A DNA stretch of 64,000 nt from an uncultured Armatimonadetes bacterium (GTDB lineage Bacteria > Armatimonadota > UBA5829 > DTJY01), in the NCBI GenBank assembly GCA_963717145.1, contig OY970325.1:2080001-2144000 (forward strand). The letters run 5' to 3'. Shown one piece after another: positions 46,388 to 54,894 of this stretch. The notes under the pieces were generated by a model. The model was not told the origin of the DNA. It worked only from the letters and a program-made list of their open reading frames with translations, and made no database searches. Each line of letters opens with the position of its first letter. The stretch's first letter is position 1. Both the position numbers and the translations under genes were made by a program.

Positions 46388-47769
46388 CACTCCTCTACCT
46401 CCGCCTGCGTCCTGATGCGAGGCATCTCGTCGAGCGGACATCCGCCACCGCATTGATGGACGAAGATACAGTCCAAACACTCTGCCGCCGCCATTTGGTG
46501 CTCACGTAATCTGCGGCAAACGGGATGCTCCCAGATGGAGCGCCAGGTATCGGTGAGCATGCTCCCGACCGGTGACAGCCACGACTGACATGGCAGAACA
46601 GTGCCGTCCGGTTGGATGGTCATGTTGTGCGCCGCAGCCGAGCACGACTTCGCTCCGAATCCAAGATCTAGCGGATTCAGCCGCGTGTAGCATGTTGGGG
46701 AGTACCACTGCAGGTTTGCGCCGATATCCTCTGCGACACAGCATGCATCCCGGAGTATCAGGAGCAACTCCTCGTCGGACACCCCATGCTCCTTCCGATA
46801 CTCGGTTCCTCGACCGCTGCAGATCAAGGTATTGCAGCACACGTCGGTGACGCCCAGGTCCTCATGCAGCCAGCGAACCGTTGCGGGGTAGCCGGCCGCA
46901 TTCAGCCCGGTCAGCGTGGTGTTCGTCACAACTTGAAGGCCTGCATCAAGCGCACTCCGTATCCCGGCAACCGTCTTGTCGTGCGACCCCGAGAAACCGG
47001 TCATGCGGTCATGGACGTCGGGGTTGTACGATTCGATGGTGACCTGGGCATAGTCGAGGCTGGCGTCCCGTAGCGGTTCGGCCAACTCCGCAAGCCTGGT
47101 GCCGTTGGTAACGAGCCCAGTCACAAACTCGTCGGCCTGGCTGATGAGCTGCACCAGGTCCGCGCGCAGTGTGGGTTCCCCACCGGTGAAGACGACCTGC
47201 GGGACTCCGAGTCTCCAGAGGCTCTCATAGATGCTGAGCCATTGATCTGTCGTGAGTTCGTACATCGGAGTGCCCTGGGTCAGGTAGCACTTCTCGCACT
47301 TGAGGTTACATCGGTACGTGACGGCGAGGTCCATCCTGGCAGGAGCGCTCCAGTCGGCATAGTCGACAATGCCCGGGGCGATCCCGAGATCGGCCGGGCA
47401 TGCCCCTTTGGCGATGCTCATCAAAGTGCCGAACAGAGCATCCAGATCGGCCCTGATCCGCTCGCGGGTCACCCGTCCCTTACCGATTGCGAGCGGCCGC
47501 CGGTACTTTCGCAGCATAGCGCCGACGACATGATCCATGACCTGGTCTGTCTGGTCCCCGCAGCCCTGCTGGTAACACCACATGGCCTCGATCAGGAACG
47601 TCGCGAAATCGGCGGCCGTATCGTCGAGCATCAGAGGCGGTTGCCGGCCATTGATCCACAGCAGGTGGTCGCCGCCGGCACTCTTGCGAAGATGGAAACG
47701 CTGGCTATCGATCGTGGCGTGGAGCACGCCGTCGCCGCGAAAATGTGGTTTGCGCTGGTGCTGGTTCAC
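46387..47769 (-). CDS. Radical SAM/SPASM protein with N-terminal RRE/PqqD-like extension
   Basis: CNLKCEKC, FTGGEP, TNG; SPASM CSAA..TIQPDGTVLPC...ECLDC...CGGGCP. Confidence 0.92.
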   Translation of the reverse strand: MNQHQRKPHFRGDGVLHATIDSQRFHLRKSAGGDHLLWINGRQPPLMLDDTAADFATFLIEAMWCYQQGCGDQTDQVMDHVVGAMLRKYRRPLAIGKGRVTRERIRADLDALFGTLMSIAKGACPADLGIAPGIVDYADWSAPARMDLAVTYRCNLKCEKCYLTQGTPMYELTTDQWLSIYESLWRLGVPQVVFTGGEPTLRADLVQLISQADEFVTGLVTNGTRLAELAEPLRDASLDYAQVTIESYNPDVHDRMTGFSGSHDKTVAGIRSALDAGLQVVTNTTLTGLNAAGYPATVRWLHEDLGVTDVCCNTLICSGRGTEYRKEHGVSDEELLLILRDACCVAEDIGANLQWYSPTCYTRLNPLDLGFGAKSCSAAAHNMTIQPDGTVLPCQSWLSPVGSMLTDTWRSIWEHPVCRRLREHQMAAAECLDCIFVHQCGGGCPLDEMPRIRTQAEVEE

Positions 47770-47809
47770 TCGGTACAGCCCCCTTGCCGCGTGCGCTCAA
47801 GCTATCGAG

Positions 47810-47838
47810 ATGATAGCACGACGGCCTCGATTCGGCAA
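47810..47838 (-). promoter_or_regulatory. Sigma70-type promoter for the radical SAM operon
   Basis: TTGCCG-17 bp-TATCAT with extended TG. Confidence 0.5.
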
Positions 47839-47925
47839 GGAATGTCATTCGGCGGACCGTGAGGCAGATGGCCAAACGGCGCCCCACCTCATTGGTGTGC
47901 GCCGCTCAACAGGACAATATGTGCA

Positions 47926-48015
<90 letters not shown>

Positions 48016-48019
48016 GGAG

Positions 48020-48243
48020 GGGAATGGTTGATGGTCAATGGTTCATGAACCATCAACCATTAACCATCCCCCATTCCCCAAGGTTCTGGCGCCCTTGGAG
48101 GGAATCGAACCCCCGACGCCCTCCTTAGGACGGAGGCGCTCTATCCACTGAGCTACAAGGGCACGTGGAAGGGAATGGTTAATGGCCGATGGTTGATGGT
48201 TCATGGCCCATCCGCCATTAACCATCAACCATCAACCGTTCCC
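48020..48243. repeat. Two inverted heptamer-array hairpins in the tRNA spacers (48020-48080 and 48170-48243)
   Basis: GGGAATGGTTGATGGTCAATGG...CCATCAACCATTAACCAT...CCC; same unit as at 43070-43130. Confidence 0.8.
48087..48162 (-). tRNA. tRNA-Arg(CCT)
   Basis: GCCCTTGTAGCTCAGTGGATAGAGC, stem CCTCC/GGAGG, loop GT-CCT-AA, CCA. Confidence 0.95.
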
Positions 48244-48250
48244 AAGATTG

Positions 48251-48326
48251 TGGCGCGCTTGGAGGGATTTGAACCCCCGACCTAAAGGTCCGCAACCTTC
48301 CGCTCTATCCCCTGAGCTACAAGCGC
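48251..48326 (-). tRNA. tRNA-Arg(GCG)
   Basis: GCGCTTGTAGCTCAGGGGATAGAGC, stem GAAGG/CCTTT, loop TT-GCG-GA, CCA. Confidence 0.95.
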
Positions 48327-48357
48327 GTATCGTTTCCGACCCTTCCGGACGGGAGTC

Positions 48358-48453
48358 AGTATACCATGCCGGACGCCCGCTGTCAACGAACTTCGAAGTG
48401 TTCGACGGAGGAGTTACTGATTGTTGACACCCCGAGCGGGCCGGATGTATACT
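48358..48453. promoter_or_regulatory. Divergent consensus sigma70 promoters (tRNA operon on minus; trkA operon on plus)
   Basis: Minus: TTGACA(48386-81)-17-TATACT(48363-58); plus: TTGACA(48424-29)-18-TATACT(48448-53). Confidence 0.8.
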
Positions 48454-48463
48454 TCTTTCACGG

Positions 48464-48540
48464 TTCGTACTCGTACTCCTAATCGTAATCGGTTTCGGAC
48501 CAAGATCGAGTACGATTACGATTAGGAGTACGAGTACGAA
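48464..48540. repeat. Inverted hexamer array hairpin (CGTACT/CGTAAT units)
   Basis: TTCGTACTCGTACTCCTAATCGTAATCG...CGATTACGATTAGGAGTACGAGTACGAA. Confidence 0.85.
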
Positions 48541-48556
48541 TGGTGGGAGGTACACC

Positions 48557-49012
48557 ATGAATGTGGTCATCCTGGGATGTGGGCGCATCGGATCTACACT
48601 CGCGAGATCGATGGCCAGAGATAAACACCGCGTTGCGATCATCGACAGAAAGAGCGAGGCATTCCGAAGGCTCGGGCCGAATTTCGGCGGCCAGAAGGTC
48701 GTCGGCAACGGCATCGATGACGCGGTCCTCAAGAAGGCAGGTATCGAGCAGGCGGACGCGTTCGTTGCGGTAACGAACGGCGATAACACGAATATCATGT
48801 CGGTTCAGATAGCCAAGGAGCGATTCCACGTGCCGAAGGTTGCCGCGCGCATCTACGACCCGATCCGCGCGTGCGCATACCGCGAACTCGGGATCGAGAC
48901 CATCTGCACGACGATAATCGGGGCAAAGCTCATGAAGGACATGCTCCTCGGCAAGGAGTGGGGTCCGGCTCCCGAGTACTGCAACTTCAACGAGGACGAG
49001 GCAGAGGTGTGA
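48557..49012 (+). CDS. TrkA-N (RCK_N) potassium uptake regulatory protein
   Basis: ILGCGRIG, AGIEQADAFVAVTNGDNTN, ARIYDP. Confidence 0.92.
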   Translation: MNVVILGCGRIGSTLARSMARDKHRVAIIDRKSEAFRRLGPNFGGQKVVGNGIDDAVLKKAGIEQADAFVAVTNGDNTNIMSVQIAKERFHVPKVAARIYDPIRACAYRELGIETICTTIIGAKLMKDMLLGKEWGPAPEYCNFNEDEAEV

Positions 49013-49097
49013 GGATGGAGTATTGGAGTGATGGAGAATTGGAGTGATGGGTTCCCCCAGCACTCCATTACCCCAACACTCCAGTACTCCATTTCCC
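49013..49097. repeat. Inverted octamer array hairpin (TGGAGTRW units)
   Basis: GGATGGAGTATTGGAGTGATGGAGAATTGGAGTGATGGG...CCCAGCACTCCATTACCCCAACACTCCAGTACTCCAT; a half copy lies at ~23062-23100. Confidence 0.85.
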
Positions 49098-49116
49098 ATG
49101 AAACGGAGAATCAACC

Positions 49117-49776
49117 ATGTACATAATCGTTGCCGGTGGCGGCAAAGTCGGACACTATCTCACCAGGGCACTGGTCGACGCATCCCATGAGGTTCTGGTG
49201 GTCGAGAAGGATCCTGCTCGGGCACACTACCTGACCGAGGATCTGGGCGAAGTAGTGACGGTGGGAGACGCGTGCGAGGTGCGGACGATGCGCGAGATCG
49301 GCATGGAGCGCGCGGATGTCGTCGTTGCGACGACCGGCGATGACGAGGACAATCTGGTCATCTGCCAGATGGCCAAGCTGAAGTTCCACGTGCCGAGGAC
49401 GATCTCCAGGGTGAACAACCCGAGCAATGAGGACATTTTCCACACGCTGGGGATCGACGCCACTGTGAGCAGCACGGAGATCATCTTCAACCTGATCGAG
49501 CAGCAGATCGAGACCGACCAGGTCATTCCTCTCGCGGCCCTTCAGCGCGGGAACATCGAGATCGTGGAGATCGACCTCGGCAAGAACTCACCGGTCGTCG
49601 GCAAGAAGATCACCGCTGTTCAGATGCCGCAGGACGCACTGGTGATCTCGATCGTCAGAGACGGGCACGCGATCCTCCCCAACATCGACGTGGACTTCAG
49701 GGAGGGCGACAGCGTGATCGCGCTCGTCACCGCCACCAAGGAGAGCCAGCTCCGAGCCGTCTTCCAGGGGAGGTAG
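49117..49776 (+). CDS. trkA: TrkA family protein (RCK_N + RCK_C)
   Basis: VAGGGKVG, TGDDEDNLV, SRVNNP, RCK_C SPVVGK...IVRDG. Confidence 0.9.
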   Translation: MYIIVAGGGKVGHYLTRALVDASHEVLVVEKDPARAHYLTEDLGEVVTVGDACEVRTMREIGMERADVVVATTGDDEDNLVICQMAKLKFHVPRTISRVNNPSNEDIFHTLGIDATVSSTEIIFNLIEQQIETDQVIPLAALQRGNIEIVEIDLGKNSPVVGKKITAVQMPQDALVISIVRDGHAILPNIDVDFREGDSVIALVTATKESQLRAVFQGR

Positions 49777-49779
49777 ATC

Positions 49780-51555
49780 ATGAACGCAGGACTGCTGCTG
49801 ATCATAGCGGTTCCGGTCTTCCTGATAGCCTACAAGCTCTACGGCAGCTACATCGGCCGCGTCTTCCAGGAGTGCGACGACAACACGACCCCGGCACACG
49901 AGATCGACGACGGCGCGGACTACGTGCCCACCAAGCCGATCGTGCTCTTCGGCCACCATTTCGCCTCGATCGCGGGCGCGGGCCCGATCGTCGGCCCGAC
50001 TCTCGCCATGATCTTCGGATTCATTCCAGTCTGGCTCTGGCTCGTGCTGGGCAGCGTCTTCGTCGGCGCGGTCCACGACTTCTCCGCGCTGATGACGAGT
50101 ATGCGCGAGAGAGGCAAGTCGATGGCCGAAGTCGCCGAGCAGACCCTCGGCAAGACTGGATTCCTGCTGTTCATCATCTTCACAATCGTCATGATCTTGA
50201 TGGTGACCTCAGTCTTCCTGAAGCTGACGGCGGCGGCCTTGACATCCCTGGTTCCGCTGACTGCCCTCAATATGCCCGATTCGCAGACGATGCTCAAGAC
50301 CGTTGTCGCCGATGGGGTGGTCAAGGCGCGGATCGGCGGAATCGCGTCCACATCAGTGATTGTCATCACCGCCTTCGCGCCGCTGATCGGATTCATGCTC
50401 TACAGGAGGCGTGCGAACGCATACGCCATGTCGGGGATCGCCACTCTGGTCTGCGTGCTCTCCGTCGCGATCGGCCTGCGCTACCCGATCAGCCTCGATC
50501 CCAATGCGTGGATGTGGATCGTGGCGATCTATGCGCTGTTCGCAGCGGGGATACCCGTGTGGATCGTCCTGCAGCCTCGTGACTTCACGAACTCATTCCT
50601 GCTCTACGGAGGCGTGGCGGCGTTGGTCGTGGCAGGGATTGCCGCGGTGTTCATGGGGCTTCCCATGAGTGCGCCGGCGTGGAATGTCGCTGAGGGAACC
50701 TCCAAGCTCGGACTGATCTGGCCGATCCTGTTCATCACCGTCGCATGCGGGGCGTGCTCGGGATTCCACGCGCTCGTCGCAGGGGGCACGACCGCCAAGC
50801 AGTGCTCGCGGGAGAGCCATGCGCGCAAGATCGCTTACGGAGGAATGGTGCTCGAAGGGCTGCTGGCGGTCGGCGTGCTGATTGCGGTCGGAACGGGCCT
50901 CGACTTCCGGCACTACAAGGAACTGGTCTTCCCCGCGCCTGGAGGGGCTCCATCGAACCCCGGAGCGGCGTTCGCGGTCGGGATGGGCAGCATGCTCCAC
51001 AAGGTATTCTCGTTCCCTGCGGCATACGGCACGATCTTCGGCATGCTGCTCGTCGAGGGATTCCTGGTCACGACGCTCGACACCGCCGTGCGCCTGAACC
51101 GCTACCTCTTCGAGGAGCTGTGGGGCGCGATCTTCCGCAACCCACCGCGCATCCTCAAGACGTACATCTTCAACTCCGCGCTCTCGGTAGCCCTGATGCT
51201 CTACCTGGCACAGGGCAAGACGGTGCTATCCCTGTGGCCGATCTTCGGCTCGGCGAACCAGCTTCTCGCGGCACTGACACTCGTCGCGGTGGCGACATGG
51301 CTCGTCGCGCGCGGGCGGAAGTTCCTCTTCGCGCTGATCCCGGCGGCATTCATGATGGTAACAACGGTCTACTCGCTGATCTACCTCCTGCAGAACAAGT
51401 ACCTGCCCGCGAAAGACACCGTGCTCACGGCCGCGGACGGCGCGCTGATCGTGCTGTCGGTACTGGTCGTCGGGCTCGCCATCAAGTCACTGGTTTCCGG
51501 CAGGAGGACGGCGGCGTCGGTCTGCGAACAGTCGCCGGTGACGAGCGATCGTTAG
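49780..51555 (+). CDS. cstA: Carbon starvation protein A family transporter
   Basis: DGADYVPT, LFGHHFASIAGAGPIVGP, ITVACGACSGFHAL, LWPIFGSANQLLA. Confidence 0.95.
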   Translation: MNAGLLLIIAVPVFLIAYKLYGSYIGRVFQECDDNTTPAHEIDDGADYVPTKPIVLFGHHFASIAGAGPIVGPTLAMIFGFIPVWLWLVLGSVFVGAVHDFSALMTSMRERGKSMAEVAEQTLGKTGFLLFIIFTIVMILMVTSVFLKLTAAALTSLVPLTALNMPDSQTMLKTVVADGVVKARIGGIASTSVIVITAFAPLIGFMLYRRRANAYAMSGIATLVCVLSVAIGLRYPISLDPNAWMWIVAIYALFAAGIPVWIVLQPRDFTNSFLLYGGVAALVVAGIAAVFMGLPMSAPAWNVAEGTSKLGLIWPILFITVACGACSGFHALVAGGTTAKQCSRESHARKIAYGGMVLEGLLAVGVLIAVGTGLDFRHYKELVFPAPGGAPSNPGAAFAVGMGSMLHKVFSFPAAYGTIFGMLLVEGFLVTTLDTAVRLNRYLFEELWGAIFRNPPRILKTYIFNSALSVALMLYLAQGKTVLSLWPIFGSANQLLAALTLVAVATWLVARGRKFLFALIPAAFMMVTTVYSLIYLLQNKYLPAKDTVLTAADGALIVLSVLVVGLAIKSLVSGRRTAASVCEQSPVTSDR

Positions 51556-51643
51556 ACGGGTTTCAGACCCAGGAGGTTCGTCCAAGCCATCCCCGCCGTC
51601 TTGGCTTCTACCTGGTAATAGTACCAGTTTTCGCCTCCCAGGA

Positions 51644-51672
51644 TTGACTGCTATCAAGGATTCGGCTACAAT
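51644..51672 (+). promoter_or_regulatory. Sigma70-type promoter
   Basis: TTGACT-17-TACAAT. Confidence 0.65.
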
Positions 51673-51735
51673 GAATTTGTTTGCGCCCGGTTTGCCGACC
51701 TGCAGTACACTCACACGCTTCGGGAGGCATCGAAG

Positions 51736-54702
51736 ATGAAGCACCCGGTCCTCAGTCTTGCAGTACTGGCAGTTGCACTACTCATACTCTGCGCCGCAGC
51801 ATCTTCAGCGGTCATCTACGTCAAGTATGACTCCCCCGGCCCGACCTTCGACGGTACATCGTGGGACAAGGCGTTCCACACCGTACAAGCCGGCCTCAGT
51901 GCCGCCACCTCCGGCGGCGAGGTCCGAGTCGCACGGGGCACCTACGTCGAACGCATCACCCTGAAGGCGGGCGTTGCACTCTACGGCGGCTATTCCGGCG
52001 CCGGGGACACGAGGAACATAGCGACCTATCCTGCCATACTGGACGGAAACCAGGGCGGCTCGGTGGTGAGGTCGCCTTCCGGGGCAACCAGCACTACGCG
52101 CATAGACGGCTTCACAATCCGAAAGGGAAGGGCCTCATCCAATGGCGGCGGGATATACTGTTCCTCCTCTTCGCCGACTATCACGAACAACACGATTGCG
52201 GGGAACGAAGCGACCGGCGGAGGCGGTGGGATATACTGCTACTCATGGTCACCGGCGATCGCCAACAACACTATAACAGGAAACTACGCGTCCGACGGGG
52301 GCGGTATATTCTGCGAATCCTCGGGGGCGACGATAACGAACAACCTGATCGCCAGGAACTACGCCTCTTCGGGCGTAGGCGAGGGAGACGGCGGTGGGAT
52401 ATTCTGCAAGTCCTCGTCGTCGAGTGTGATCAGCAACAACACCATTAGGGAGAACTTCGCTCCATATGGCGGCGCGATATGCTGCACCAGCTCCTCGCCT
52501 GCTATCATGGCTAACCTGATTGCTGAGAACAGCGCGACCAAAGGCGGCGGCATATACTGCAGTGACCCTGCTTCCTCGCCCACTATAGCGAACAACACCC
52601 TCAGAGGAAACAGGGCTACCTCCAACGGTGGCGGGTTGCACTGCTCCTCCGCCCCGGTCATCACAAACAACACTGTGATTGGAAACAGCGCAGCCTCTGG
52701 TGGAGGCGGGGCATACTTGGGTGTCTGGTCGCCAGCAGTTTCGAACAACCTCGTGGCGTTCAACTCCTCAGGGATAGACTGCAGTCACAGCGGAACTCCT
52801 GTTCTTCGGAACAACTGCGTGTACGGGAACACTGCCTACAACTACCATGACCTCTCCGAGGGGGTTGGAGACATATCGGTCGATCCTTTGCTCGCCGGTG
52901 CAGAGTACGGCAATATGCATATCCAGGCCGGATCACCCTGTCTGAACGCCGGATGGAACGGTGCGCCTGGGCTTCCTGAGACCGACATGGACGGCCAGCC
53001 GAGAATACATGCAGGAACAGTGGACATAGGTGCGGATGAGTCGGATGCGACGGTCTGGTCTCCCGGACCCTACGTGATCGTTCGCGTGAGCCCATCCGGA
53101 AATGACGCCAATGACGGGTCGAGTTGGGCGCTGGCGAAGAAGACGGTGCAGGCGGGGATCGAGGCCGCGTCGGCCCTTGGTGGAGAAGTCTGGGTGAAGG
53201 CAGGTACGTACAACGAGCGGATCGTACTCCAGACTTACGCCTACGTCTACGGCGGCTTTGGGGGAATGGAGAACTCCAGAGCCGAAAGAAACTGGACTGC
53301 GAACAAGTCGATACTGGACGGAGGAGCCAGCGGCTCCGTTGTCATTGCCAGGGTCGGGCAACAGGTGAGCGCAATAGACGGCTTCACGATCCGCAACGGA
53401 TACGCGCACTCTGGTGGGGGCGTATACTGCTCAGTTTCCTCGCCAACGATCGCGAACAATGTGATCGGTGGAAACACCGCATACTACGCCGGCGGTGCGA
53501 TATATTGCGCCGGCGCCTCACCCACTATCACCAACAACAGAATCATGTGGAACAGTGCAATGGGCGGCGGTGGGATATTCTGCGACTTCTCAGCCGCTCC
53601 CACGATTACCAACAACGCGATCTCGGGAAACACCGCGTCTTTGCATGGCGGTGGAGTGAGCTGTGAGTCCTCCTCGACCCCGACCATTACGAACAACACC
53701 ATCCTGGTCAATACCGCATCCATGAGCGGCGGAGGGCTCTACAGCAGTTACTCCTCACCTAAGGTATCGAACAACATCATTGCCTTCAATTCCTCCGGGA
53801 TATACAGAGACGGTTGGACGCCAACCCTTCACAGCAACTGCGTGTTCGGCAACCATGGCTACGACTACTCAGGCATCTCCGCCGGGACCGACGATATATC
53901 GGCCGATCCTCTCATAGTGGACTGGGGGAGTGGCGATCACCACCTCATGCCACTCTCACCCTGCATCAACGCCGGATGGAACGAGGCGCCGGGTCTGCCG
54001 TTGTTCGACATGGACGGCGACGGACGGGTGTTCGGGCGCAAGGTCGATATCGGCGCGGACGAGTTCTGGTCGCCTGAAATGAGCATCTCCGATACCCGAT
54101 ACGCCGCCGATGGGGCGAAGATCAGCGGTCAGGGCACGATCGTCACCGCCGCGTTCTCTGACTGTTTCTACATCGAGGCGGAAGACCGGTCGTCCGGCAT
54201 CCGAGTCGAGAAGTCGGACCACGGAGTCCAGACGGGCGACAGAGCCGACGTGACCGGCATGTTGAAGACCAACGACGACGGCGAGCGCTACATCGAGGCA
54301 TCGAGCGTTTCATTGAGCGGAACAGGCAGCATCGCTCCGGTACGCGTCACCGGCAGAACGCTCGGAGGCGGCAACTGGTTCTACAATCCCGCGACGGGCG
54401 CGGGTCAACAGGGCGTGCTCGGTGGCGCAGGGCTGAACAACATCGGCCTGCTGGTGCGCACGTGGGGCAAGGTGACGCATGTGGGCGACGGCTTCTTCTA
54501 CTTCGACGACGGCTCGAATCTGCGAGAGGGCTCGGGGTTCGCGGGAGTGAAGGCACTCGTCGCCGGGCCGGGGCTACCGGCGGAAGGCGACTACATAAGG
54601 AGCACTGGGATCAGTTCATGCTTCCGCGACGGAGAGAACCTGCACAGACTGCTCAGGGTCCAGGAGTGGTCGAAGGAGCAGTCTGCTACGCCCATCCCTT
54701 GA
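51736..54702 (+). CDS. Secreted protein with two right-handed beta-helix (pectin lyase-like/choice-of-anchor Q) modules and C-terminal shared module
   Basis: Repeated GGGIYC...SPTITNNTI..N; SPCLNAG...DMDG.PR...VDIGADE twice; C-terminal GLNNIGLLVRTWGKVT. Confidence 0.88.
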   Translation: MKHPVLSLAVLAVALLILCAAASSAVIYVKYDSPGPTFDGTSWDKAFHTVQAGLSAATSGGEVRVARGTYVERITLKAGVALYGGYSGAGDTRNIATYPAILDGNQGGSVVRSPSGATSTTRIDGFTIRKGRASSNGGGIYCSSSSPTITNNTIAGNEATGGGGGIYCYSWSPAIANNTITGNYASDGGGIFCESSGATITNNLIARNYASSGVGEGDGGGIFCKSSSSSVISNNTIRENFAPYGGAICCTSSSPAIMANLIAENSATKGGGIYCSDPASSPTIANNTLRGNRATSNGGGLHCSSAPVITNNTVIGNSAASGGGGAYLGVWSPAVSNNLVAFNSSGIDCSHSGTPVLRNNCVYGNTAYNYHDLSEGVGDISVDPLLAGAEYGNMHIQAGSPCLNAGWNGAPGLPETDMDGQPRIHAGTVDIGADESDATVWSPGPYVIVRVSPSGNDANDGSSWALAKKTVQAGIEAASALGGEVWVKAGTYNERIVLQTYAYVYGGFGGMENSRAERNWTANKSILDGGASGSVVIARVGQQVSAIDGFTIRNGYAHSGGGVYCSVSSPTIANNVIGGNTAYYAGGAIYCAGASPTITNNRIMWNSAMGGGGIFCDFSAAPTITNNAISGNTASLHGGGVSCESSSTPTITNNTILVNTASMSGGGLYSSYSSPKVSNNIIAFNSSGIYRDGWTPTLHSNCVFGNHGYDYSGISAGTDDISADPLIVDWGSGDHHLMPLSPCINAGWNEAPGLPLFDMDGDGRVFGRKVDIGADEFWSPEMSISDTRYAADGAKISGQGTIVTAAFSDCFYIEAEDRSSGIRVEKSDHGVQTGDRADVTGMLKTNDDGERYIEASSVSLSGTGSIAPVRVTGRTLGGGNWFYNPATGAGQQGVLGGAGLNNIGLLVRTWGKVTHVGDGFFYFDDGSNLREGSGFAGVKALVAGPGLPAEGDYIRSTGISSCFRDGENLHRLLRVQEWSKEQSATPIP

Positions 54703-54811
54703 GGACCAACCCGGATCACTCCTCACTCATCTCCAAACATTCTGACTCTTCGGCTATGACGCCCTGGCGTCCTCGAACTGCCGTTTTCCTCACGTCTGGT
54801 ATTTATACGGA

Positions 54812-54840
54812 TTGACGGATGGCAATCCCGGGTCTACAAT
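54812..54840 (+). promoter_or_regulatory. Sigma70-type promoter
   Basis: TTGACG-17-TACAAT. Confidence 0.65.
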
Positions 54841-54894
54841 GGATTGGTGCTTCCCCGATTCAAAACCGCAGGCCGATTCCGAAGAGGTTGTCAG

